From an uncultured archaeon (GTDB taxonomy: Archaea > Asgardarchaeota > Thorarchaeia > Thorarchaeales > Thorarchaeaceae), in assembly GCA_964648855.1 (NCBI GenBank), contig CAZYLT010000004.1:139532-171531 (forward strand): a DNA stretch of 32,000 nt, in the 5' to 3' direction. The notes under the pieces are model-generated. The model saw only the letters and a list, made by a program, of their open reading frames with translations, had not been told where the DNA came from and made no database searches. The position numbers were made by a program, and so were the translations under genes. Below are positions 1 through 7,780 of this stretch, piece after piece (within the stretch, counting starts at the first letter, position 1; every line of letters starts with the position of its first letter).

Positions 1-2
1 CA

Positions 3-569
3 ATCGAATTTGATAATCTCGCCTTCTACGCCAAGTGGATCGACTCTGCAGGGTATTCCTTTGATCTGAAGGGGGAGGAAGATATGTTCTCCCTATCAGG
101 TTCAGTTGAGGATGGCAAACTGGTTGCAGTAACTAGGTTGTTGGATAATGATGCACGTTCACGGTATATGCCCCTCTTCGGTGGTACATACGTGCTTACA
201 GACTTCAAAATCACACTGATAGACGAAGCAGTAATCGACTATGGCAATGTAGAGATTGAGGTAGTGAAGTCTGCCAATGAGTTCACTGCTCGCGATGCAC
301 AATTAGTCAGCGAAAAGAATCTGACCTATGAGAGCGACGAAAAATACCTTCAAATCTCATCATCCATTCAAACGCCGTTAGTTGTACTTGTAGATGCCTT
401 CGTTGCTGTTACGCTTTTTGGTGGGGTAAGCGTCACCGCTATACTCGTCTTATTGCATGTTCGCGGGCGTATTGAATTACCAATTGATAGGCTCAAAGGA
501 ATCATAGGTGGACAAAACAACGGAAACGAAGAACGCCCCTCACGTATCGAACCAAAGCATAGAGCATAG
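3..569 (+). CDS. C-terminal part of a hypothetical surface/extracellular protein with a C-terminal membrane anchor (5' truncated by window)
   Basis: Frame is open from position 3 (IEFDNLAFYAKWIDSAG...) into the 84..569 ORF. Hydrophobic segment LVVLVDAFVAVTLFGGVSVTAILVLL is followed by a short charged tail. Confidence 0.7.
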   Translation: MEFDNLAFYAKWIDSAGYSFDLKGEEDMFSLSGSVEDGKLVAVTRLLDNDARSRYMPLFGGTYVLTDFKITLIDEAVIDYGNVEIEVVKSANEFTARDAQLVSEKNLTYESDEKYLQISSSIQTPLVVLVDAFVAVTLFGGVSVTAILVLLHVRGRIELPIDRLKGIIGGQNNGNEERPSRIEPKHRA

Positions 570-617
570 TTTTTTGGGTGCGTCTCTACGATTGCACTCG
601 TCTGTCCTAGAGCAAGG

Positions 618-624
618 TTTAAAA
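618..624 (+). promoter_or_regulatory. TATA box of the 5S rRNA gene
   Basis: TTTAAAA about 27 nt upstream of the 5S start at 651. Confidence 0.7.
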
Positions 625-650
625 CATCAAATCGAATTTCTCATTCTTGA

Positions 651-766
651 TGGCGGCCATAGCACATGGGTCTTACCTGATCCCATTCTGAACTCAGAAG
701 TCAAGCCCATGAGCGTTGAGGGAGATGTGCGGTGCGCGAGCCCGTGACAGGCCCTCAAGCTGCCAC
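651..766 (+). rRNA. rrf: 5S ribosomal RNA (stand-alone)
   Basis: TGGCGGCCATAGC 5' end pairs with GCTGCCA 3' end. Conserved CCTGATCCCATTCTGAACTCAGAAGTCAAGC core. About 116 nt, followed by a T-run. Confidence 0.95.
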
Positions 767-866
767 TTTTTCCAGTTTTACCATTACTCCTCAATTTTGT
801 TGCTCTCTCTGCAGGAACCCAATGTACTAACAGAAACGATTAAGTGATAACTTTCAGCAGTCCGCA

Positions 867-2000
867 GTGATTTACATGCAACTCCCAGGTCAAGAGACCG
901 GCGAATTCAGCTGGATCATAAATATCGCATTTTTTGCATTTATCATACTAATGAGTCTCTACGGAACCAAGATTCAGCTCTGGCAGATGCTCAAACAAAT
1001 TGAGTCAGGTCTCATTGAACTTAAGAAAATGGCAATTGAATCAAGACAGACGGCCATTGATACCTTCAAGCAGTATGGAAAATCAGAGGAAGAAGTTGCT
1101 ACTGACATAGACAAATGGTTGGATTACTTCACCATAATGCCTGTAGACCTTGACCCAGCAGGTGTATTGAAACGATTGGATCATATCTTAGATGAACGTC
1201 GCGACAGGTTCCAAGAATTTGTGTCCTCTCTTGCTCCAGATGCGACAGAATCTCAATGCCAATCCCTTGAGAACACACTGGAAGTAACTCAAGTGCTCGG
1301 GTTAATCTTCAGAATTGTAAGGCACTTCTATATCCTTGGGAAAAAGACCGGGAGTCAGATAATTATCATGCAGGTCCATATGCAGATGCCTGAACTACTT
1401 AAAATCGCGAAAGCATACTATGACGCTCTCGATGCCTTCTCTGCTGGTAAACCAATTGGCGATGGCATCGGCCCTCTAGCTGTAACGAAATTTGCTAGGG
1501 AGATGGGTGCTACGCCCGATTCATATATTCAGGAGGTTTCTCGAGAAGTAGGATATTACCCTATTGAATTTGAGGAACGTACAATCTATGCTGTTCGAGC
1601 AACAGGTCCTGGGGGTACTGTTGGAAAGCCTGGATTTGCAGTAAAGAATCTTATAGAACAGAATCAGGGACAAATCAAAAGAATAGTGACTATCGATGCT
1701 GCCCTCAAGCTTGAGGGAGAGGCACTTGCCCGTGTATCAGAAGGCACAGGCGCAGCTATTGGGGACCCCGGTCCTGAAAAATATGCAATAGAAGAAACTG
1801 CAACAGAGAACGGTATTCCTCTAGAAGCAATAGTAGTCAAACAGGACGAAGCCGCAGCGGTTGGCGTGATGGATAAGCGCATCCTTGATTCGGTTACAGA
1901 AGTCATCGAACGCATTAAGAAGGCAATAAGAATCCGTACCCAGCCAGGAGATAAAGTTATTTTGGCCGGGATCGGCAACACAATTGGAATAGGGCTTTGA
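867..2000 (+). CDS. DUF1512 family membrane-anchored protein
   Basis: N-terminal TM helix; family motifs PVDLDPAG, PIGDGIGP, GPGGTVGKPG, IDAALKLEGE, GIGNTIGI. Confidence 0.85.
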   Translation: MIYMQLPGQETGEFSWIINIAFFAFIILMSLYGTKIQLWQMLKQIESGLIELKKMAIESRQTAIDTFKQYGKSEEEVATDIDKWLDYFTIMPVDLDPAGVLKRLDHILDERRDRFQEFVSSLAPDATESQCQSLENTLEVTQVLGLIFRIVRHFYILGKKTGSQIIIMQVHMQMPELLKIAKAYYDALDAFSAGKPIGDGIGPLAVTKFAREMGATPDSYIQEVSREVGYYPIEFEERTIYAVRATGPGGTVGKPGFAVKNLIEQNQGQIKRIVTIDAALKLEGEALARVSEGTGAAIGDPGPEKYAIEETATENGIPLEAIVVKQDEAAAVGVMDKRILDSVTEVIERIKKAIRIRTQPGDKVILAGIGNTIGIGL

Positions 2001-2010
2001 GGTGGAATAG

Positions 2011-2382
2011 ATGGGTGTATTATCTAAAATTCTAGGTGCAATTCTCTCGGGCGTTGGTGGTATTATCCTCTTTTTCGGATTTAACGCTGATCCAGGCATG
2101 TCATACATCTGGCTATTTATAGGGATACTTGTAATGTCAATGGGCTTCAGCTTGATAACCGGTGGTCGAAAGAAACCTGAACTTGAACCACCTCCACCAA
2201 CAATAACTGAAATTCATTGTACGGATCCTGAGTGCGACTTCAAAGAGCTTCGCGATTTTGAGAAGGATGACTATATTCTCAAACCTTTGGATGCAAAATG
2301 TCCAAAATGCGGTGGAAAAATGGTCATCGAAGGTGTGTATATAGTCAGAGAAGAGGACGAAACTGAAGAAATTAAGATCTAA
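2011..2382 (+). CDS. Small membrane protein (2 TM) with C-terminal Zn-ribbon
   Basis: Two hydrophobic helices, then CTDPEC...KCPKCGG. Starts 10 nt after the DUF1512 stop, preceded by GAGGTGG RBS. Confidence 0.8.
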   Translation: MGVLSKILGAILSGVGGIILFFGFNADPGMSYIWLFIGILVMSMGFSLITGGRKKPELEPPPPTITEIHCTDPECDFKELRDFEKDDYILKPLDAKCPKCGGKMVIEGVYIVREEDETEEIKI

Positions 2383-3296
2383 TCATTGCTGGTCAGTGTA
2401 ATAGTTTCATCTTCACCAACGAAAACCGTATGTTCCGATTGCGAAACAGGGCGTCCTTTCTTAGATATCTGTACTGGATGTCCTCGTATAGCTCCGACCT
2501 TCAGGAGCTCTCTCATCTCAGCCAACAGGTCTATGCTTTCGGATTTTACTCGAATCCATCTAGTTGTGAATGGAAATGGCCCGTATTTTTTTCGTAAATG
2601 AATACGCAGCTTCTCTGTCACTCCATTTAGCTCGACCTTTTTTCCCGTATTTGAGAAAATGTATACAAGGTCGCTATCAATGACTTCTCCTACTCCACTG
2701 GTAGCATATGGTTCAATGGCATAACACTCATCGACTTCAATATTGGGTGAGAACCTCTTCCCAACATTTGGAACACTCTTATTCGCATGAAGCCTATTTC
2801 TCTCTATTTGGTGACCGGAGAGGTTTCTAATTGGCTTCAGACCGTATTGCTTCAGAACACTCTCAATCTTCTTGCCAATATCGCCAAGAGATGTGTTGGG
2901 CCTGAATAGAGAGATTGCCTCTCTTAGAGCATCCTCTGTTGCACATACAAAACCCTCAAGTTCACCATCCAAATCCACCGTCTTTGCAGTATCTGCAATG
3001 TAGCCATTTACCTGAACACCAAGATCCACTTTAACTAATCCTGAGTCCGGAATACTACGTTGGTCTCCTATTGGAGAGGTATAATGAGCTGCGAAGTTAT
3101 CTATGGACACTGTACAGGGAAAGGCTGGGCGTCCTCCATACTCGACGATTTTATCTTCTGCAAACCTACAAATCTTAGCCACCTTGACCCCCGATTCCAC
3201 AGCTTCTATCGTTTCATTTAGTACTCTTGCGGCTATTTTTCCCGCCTTGATGTGCTCAGTAGTAGGTTGACTCATGATTTTGTTCTCCATGATCAT
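2379..3296 (-). CDS. map: Type II methionine aminopeptidase (copy B)
   Basis: AAHYT, KVDLGVQVNGYIADTA, LSGHQ, LHA, AIEPY, SEHT: all metal and substrate ligands present, plus the type II helical insert. Confidence 0.93.
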   Translation of the reverse strand: MIMENKIMSQPTTEHIKAGKIAARVLNETIEAVESGVKVAKICRFAEDKIVEYGGRPAFPCTVSIDNFAAHYTSPIGDQRSIPDSGLVKVDLGVQVNGYIADTAKTVDLDGELEGFVCATEDALREAISLFRPNTSLGDIGKKIESVLKQYGLKPIRNLSGHQIERNRLHANKSVPNVGKRFSPNIEVDECYAIEPYATSGVGEVIDSDLVYIFSNTGKKVELNGVTEKLRIHLRKKYGPFPFTTRWIRVKSESIDLLAEMRELLKVGAIRGHPVQISKKGRPVSQSEHTVFVGEDETITLTSND

Positions 3297-4204
3297 ACTG
3301 TTTCATTACTTCTTCTTGTGCTTACTATAGCCTTCTCTTCGCTAACAAATATGGTATGTTCAAACTGGGAAACCATGCCACCTTGTCCCTCAATTAAGAC
3401 GGGGTAAGATCTCAATATACCTTGGTGAGTTAGAGTGTTGATGGCAGCATTCACGTCAACACCCTTTACTTTTCCATGAAGCCACCTTGATGCCCAAGGA
3501 AGGGTACCGAATGCGTTTCTGGCAGTATCTCTCACACGACGTGATTTTCTATCTGTCTTCTTATTCTTCTTCATATCGTTTGAGTAGATATATACCTCCG
3601 GTGCCGCTTTGATTGTTCCATTGCCATCTGTGGCAAATGGTTCAATTGCATAGGTTTCCCCCATCTTCATTCTGCTTGTGAATTTAGACCCAATATTCGG
3701 GACATTCTTTCCCGCATGCAAAGACCAAGGTTTCATTTGGTGCCCAGATAGCTGATGTATAGGAACCAAGTCATGGTCCTTAATCACCCGTTCAATAATG
3801 GAGCCAATTTTTCCGAGCTTGACTCCTGGTTTAACCACATCAATCGCTGCATTCAGGGCATCTCTTGCCGCAATTATGTAGTTATGATAAGAGCCGTCCA
3901 AGTCAACTGTATATGCAGTATCAGATAAATGACCATTTACATGAGCGCCAATATCCACCTTTACCAATCCTGTTTCTGGAAAGACACGTTTGTCTCCATA
4001 TGGGCTGGTATAGTGAGCTGCCTCTTGATTTAGTGAAATATTACAGGGAAAAGCTGGACGTCCTCCGTAAGCAATTATTTGTTTCTCAACGAGTTCACAT
4101 ATTTTCAGGACAGATTCGCCCGGTTTTACATGTTGAATTACCTTGTGCATAACTCTCGCTGCAATCCTTCCAGCTTTGATAAAATCAGGATGCGGTTCCA
4201 TCAA
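3293..4204 (-). CDS. map: Type II methionine aminopeptidase (copy A)
   Basis: AAHYT, KVDIGAHVNGHLSDTA, LSGHQ, LHAG, AIEPF, QFEHT. Confidence 0.93.
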   Translation of the reverse strand: MMEPHPDFIKAGRIAARVMHKVIQHVKPGESVLKICELVEKQIIAYGGRPAFPCNISLNQEAAHYTSPYGDKRVFPETGLVKVDIGAHVNGHLSDTAYTVDLDGSYHNYIIAARDALNAAIDVVKPGVKLGKIGSIIERVIKDHDLVPIHQLSGHQMKPWSLHAGKNVPNIGSKFTSRMKMGETYAIEPFATDGNGTIKAAPEVYIYSNDMKKNKKTDRKSRRVRDTARNAFGTLPWASRWLHGKVKGVDVNAAINTLTHQGILRSYPVLIEGQGGMVSQFEHTIFVSEEKAIVSTRRSNETV

Positions 4205-4355
4205 TAACGTTTCACCACTGACACTCTCAGTAGGACGTCTAATACCCTTACAAGGAATTCGATTAAGTCATTAAGAATCAAGCAAACACTGTCGATTGGC
4301 GTGACGAAAGATAGAAGTGTATGTGATAAGGAATCCCTAGTGAGGTAGACAACTA

Positions 4356-5030
4356 ATGGAAATTACCTATCTTGGTCACTCCGCATTTCAGATTGAAGCA
4401 GATGGAAAAACAATCTTTCTTGACCCTTGGTTAGGTGACCCTGAATCACCTATGACTGTAGACTCCGTGAATAATGCCGATATATGTTTAGTAACCCACG
4501 ATCATGGTGATCATGGGTATTCAGAAGCAGTTGAAATCTGCAAAAAAACCGGGGCATATTTTGTTGCCATAAATGAATTGGCTTTGAAGGCAAAGTCAGC
4601 AGGGGTGAAAAATGTCCATACTTTAAACATCGGGGGAAGTACTGAGATAAATGGTGCAGTCGTCACATTAGTACAAGCTTTTCATTCCTGCAAAATAGGT
4701 GCACCAACTGGGTTTATCATCCAACTCAAGTCCGGTACTGTTTATCATGCTGGGGACACGGGCATCTTCTACGACATGAAAATTTTCGGAGAGATGTATG
4801 ATATCGATCTTGCAATGCTGCCAATAGGATCTTACTACACGATGTCAATAGAACAAGCATCTAAGGCAACCAGTCTAATCAATCCGAAAGCAGTAATTCC
4901 AATGCATTACAATACATTTCCAGTGATTGAAGCCGATCCTGATGAATTCAGGAAACTGGTATCAGAAGAATCACCTGAAACCAGGGTAGAAGTTCTCGAC
5001 ATTGGCGAAACGAGAAATATCAATCTGTGA
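4356..5030 (+). CDS. Metallo-beta-lactamase fold metal-dependent hydrolase (UPF0173/UlaG-like)
   Basis: ITYLGHS, THDHGDH, YHAGDT, LPIG, IPMHYNTFP. Confidence 0.9.
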   Translation: MEITYLGHSAFQIEADGKTIFLDPWLGDPESPMTVDSVNNADICLVTHDHGDHGYSEAVEICKKTGAYFVAINELALKAKSAGVKNVHTLNIGGSTEINGAVVTLVQAFHSCKIGAPTGFIIQLKSGTVYHAGDTGIFYDMKIFGEMYDIDLAMLPIGSYYTMSIEQASKATSLINPKAVIPMHYNTFPVIEADPDEFRKLVSEESPETRVEVLDIGETRNINL

Positions 5031-5347
5031 GCTATTTGCCCACCCGTAAGAATAATGTGGTCGATGCCTGTATCCCAGCACACTAACTCCCAGAATCACA
5101 GCATCGGATTGTATCCGGCTCCTCTGAGCTGTCTCGTGTCGGGTTAATAAAGCATCGACCTACCCGCCAATGTGCGAGGTCTGGGTGACCTACAAATCAT
5201 CTACGGAGCAATGCCCCTTATCATATAGGTCCGTTTTACCTCACTTTATTGGTATTCGGCAGGCTATCATCTAGGCTGTATCCCATTCCTTGCGCAACAC
5301 CTCATCGAGCGAGTCTCAGTGCGCCCTCGTGAATGGGCGATTACTCC
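5030..5347 (-). ncRNA. Unassigned ~310-nt highly structured ncRNA candidate
   Basis: No ORF. At least 8 helices whose G-U pairs work only on the minus strand. 5' and 3' ends pair. TATA-like TAATAAAAA on the minus strand at 5372-5380. Confidence 0.6.
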
Positions 5348-5769
5348 TAGACACATTACCCTACTCATTTGTTTTTATTAGCATTGTCACAGGACGAAAG
5401 TACCAGAGTCATTCTTTGATTCAATCAGATGGCGACAGCGACATGTTCAAAAGGAATAATGACTGAATGGCCGGCAGGACTGACTCGACCAATATCGATT
5501 AGGTCCACAAAATCATCAAATCATAAAAGCCGTGGAAAACCACCGGCAAATATCGAGTACATGTGGAATAGTTATCATTACTCATAACTTGAGATTATTA
5601 TCATCATATACTCATCACATTACGATTATCACAAACACACGTCAGAAATGCTACGAAATCGTTTCCAAGCGAAGTTAGGTCAAATAGGCCCGAGCAGTCT
5701 TACTCGTAGAAGAAGAATCACATGTGAGTGAACTCGGTACAAGGTGGGGAGAACGGCACACACAAGGAG

Positions 5770-7044
5770 ATGTGCATAAAAATAGGTGCAGGTGACTTTG
5801 ACTCGAGTACTGCAAAATACGTAATTCGAGCAAAGATTGAGATTGACGGAGTAGTAGACAAACCCGACGTTATCGGTGCAGTCTTTGGACAAACTGAGGG
5901 CTTACTAGGAGAAGACCTCGATTTAAGAGAACTTCAGCGTACTGGGCGAATTGGCAGGATACAAATCGCTATCAAGTCAAAAGGAGGCAGTAGCAGGGGA
6001 GAGGTAGTTATACCTGTTTCTCTGAACAAGACAGCAACTGCAATACTGGCAGCAGCGTTAGAAACTGTGGATCGAGTAGGCCCCTGCTCTGCAAAAGTAA
6101 CTCTTCAGAAGCTGGAGGATATTAGAGGAGCAAAACGAAGAAGGGTAGTGAGTAGAGCCATATCCATTCTTAAGGGCTGGGAGGAAGAAATTGCCCCTGG
6201 AACTGAGGAAATCACTTCAGCCGTATCCAAAGGGAGAAGACGAACTGTGGCAAAATACGGGCCGGATAAGCTGCCTGCAGGTCCGGATTTCTCCAAAGCT
6301 GATGAAATTATCATAGTGGAGGGGCGTGCGGATGTCATTAATCTCTTGAAGAGCGGCATTACAAACACAGTCGCAGTAGAAGGGACAAATATCCCAAGGT
6401 CGATTTCCAGTCTAACCAAAGAGAAGGACAAGAAGGTTGTGGCCTTTCTAGATGGTGACAGGGGTGGCGATTTGATCCTCCGTGAGTTGATGCAAGTCGC
6501 AGACGTAGATTTCATAGCTCGAGCCCCAGAGGGGAAGGAAGTTGAGAATCTGACTCATAGAGAGATTACCAAGGCGTTACAGGCCCAAATTCCAGCAGGC
6601 GAAGCCTTGTCCATTGTGAGCAAAAAACCCTCAAAGGAGCCAGAGAAAGCAAAATCGGTTTCTAAAGAGAGAAAGAAACCAGCAAAGACCGCTTCCAAAC
6701 CCGAGAGGCGAGTGCGACGAACTAGACGCGAATCCAAACCCACTAAGCCACGAGCATCTGTGGATACAGAGTATATTAAAAAATTGGACGATTTGAAAGA
6801 ATCATTCAAGGCAGTTATCTACGATGAGAATAAGGATGTAATCGAAGAATGTGGGGTAGCTGAACTTGCCAAGAAACTTGAATCGATGGACAAAATATCG
6901 ACAATCTTGTTTGACGGGGTCGTAACACAGAGAATCGTAGATAAAGCAGAGGAAAAAGGTGCAGAACTGATCATTGCAGCTGCCATATCCGACATTGAGA
7001 ACAAGCCAAAACAGATGACAATTCTAACATATGAAGACCTGTAG
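5770..7044 (+). CDS. dnaG: Archaeal DnaG (TOPRIM, exosome-associated DnaG-like protein)
   Basis: KYVIRA...GVVDKPDVIGAVFGQTEGLLG, IIVEGRADV, FLDGDRGG, DGVVTQR. Start uncertain (ORF open from 5728). Confidence 0.95.
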   Translation: MCIKIGAGDFDSSTAKYVIRAKIEIDGVVDKPDVIGAVFGQTEGLLGEDLDLRELQRTGRIGRIQIAIKSKGGSSRGEVVIPVSLNKTATAILAAALETVDRVGPCSAKVTLQKLEDIRGAKRRRVVSRAISILKGWEEEIAPGTEEITSAVSKGRRRTVAKYGPDKLPAGPDFSKADEIIIVEGRADVINLLKSGITNTVAVEGTNIPRSISSLTKEKDKKVVAFLDGDRGGDLILRELMQVADVDFIARAPEGKEVENLTHREITKALQAQIPAGEALSIVSKKPSKEPEKAKSVSKERKKPAKTASKPERRVRRTRRESKPTKPRASVDTEYIKKLDDLKESFKAVIYDENKDVIEECGVAELAKKLESMDKISTILFDGVVTQRIVDKAEEKGAELIIAAAISDIENKPKQMTILTYEDL

Positions 7045-7221
7045 TCAGCTGTTCCCGAGAATATCTCGAATGTCTAGACAGAAGAAAAAGGCGTCTTCAG
7101 AAGCCCTCAATCGGAATACCCAGGAAGTGCTATTCCGCATTTTTTATTTGGGTATTATATCGGGCAATGCAGGAGGAATGGCTCTTGAAAAGGGATCATG
7201 ACGATTTGGAGATAGATACAA

Positions 7222-7665
7222 ATGACAAAAGTATTCTCAACAACCCTAAATAGGACAGATAAGGCAAAAATTCACGAAATAGGAATTAACGGGTCTCAGA
7301 AAGTGGATGTAGTCCCTCCACCAATGATGGCAGACCATGAAGGAACTACGAGTCCTCATCATCTTTTCCTTGCATCTGTTGGCGGTTGTGTTAACCTGAT
7401 TTTTGAAATAGCTCTGGAGCGCGCTAGACTCGAACTCATGGATTTAGAATCAACAATAATGGGAAATTATGAAACAGAGGAAGATACCCAAAGGAGTTAC
7501 TTCTCATCAATTGAACTTGAAACAACTGTCACCGTTCCTGAAGGCACATCGGAGAGTAAACTAGAGAGGCTATTCAACGTCGCCCAGGAAAATTGCCCGA
7601 TAGGCAACTGTCTGATTGGTTCTTGTGTGAAATTGATTACAAGATTGAATGTTGTCTTCGGTTGA
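7222..7665 (+). CDS. OsmC/Ohr family protein
   Basis: SPHHLFLASVGGC and AQENCPI: the two conserved Cys of the family. Confidence 0.85.
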   Translation: MTKVFSTTLNRTDKAKIHEIGINGSQKVDVVPPPMMADHEGTTSPHHLFLASVGGCVNLIFEIALERARLELMDLESTIMGNYETEEDTQRSYFSSIELETTVTVPEGTSESKLERLFNVAQENCPIGNCLIGSCVKLITRLNVVFG

Positions 7666-7780
7666 CTGACTCAAGACACTCATTTAGAGGGGCTATGCCC
7701 CTTCCTTACTCATTTTTCAAGCAAACAAGAAACGAAATAAACTGTGTATTACTCACAGTTAATTCTATCAACTCGCAGAC

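Noticed and set aside
508-747. 79-aa ORF
   Set aside because: Overlaps the 5S rRNA gene and the upstream CDS; spurious
5057-5081. Plus-strand GTGGTCGATGCCTGTATCCCAGCAC resembles the human Alu/7SL 5' end
   Set aside because: The partner strands of Alu helices 3 and 4 and the SRP helix-8 motif are absent, and wobble pairs favour the minus strand. Treated as coincidence.
6620-6760. Lys/Arg-rich low-complexity segment in DnaG
   Set aside because: A variable charged linker is normal for archaeal DnaG
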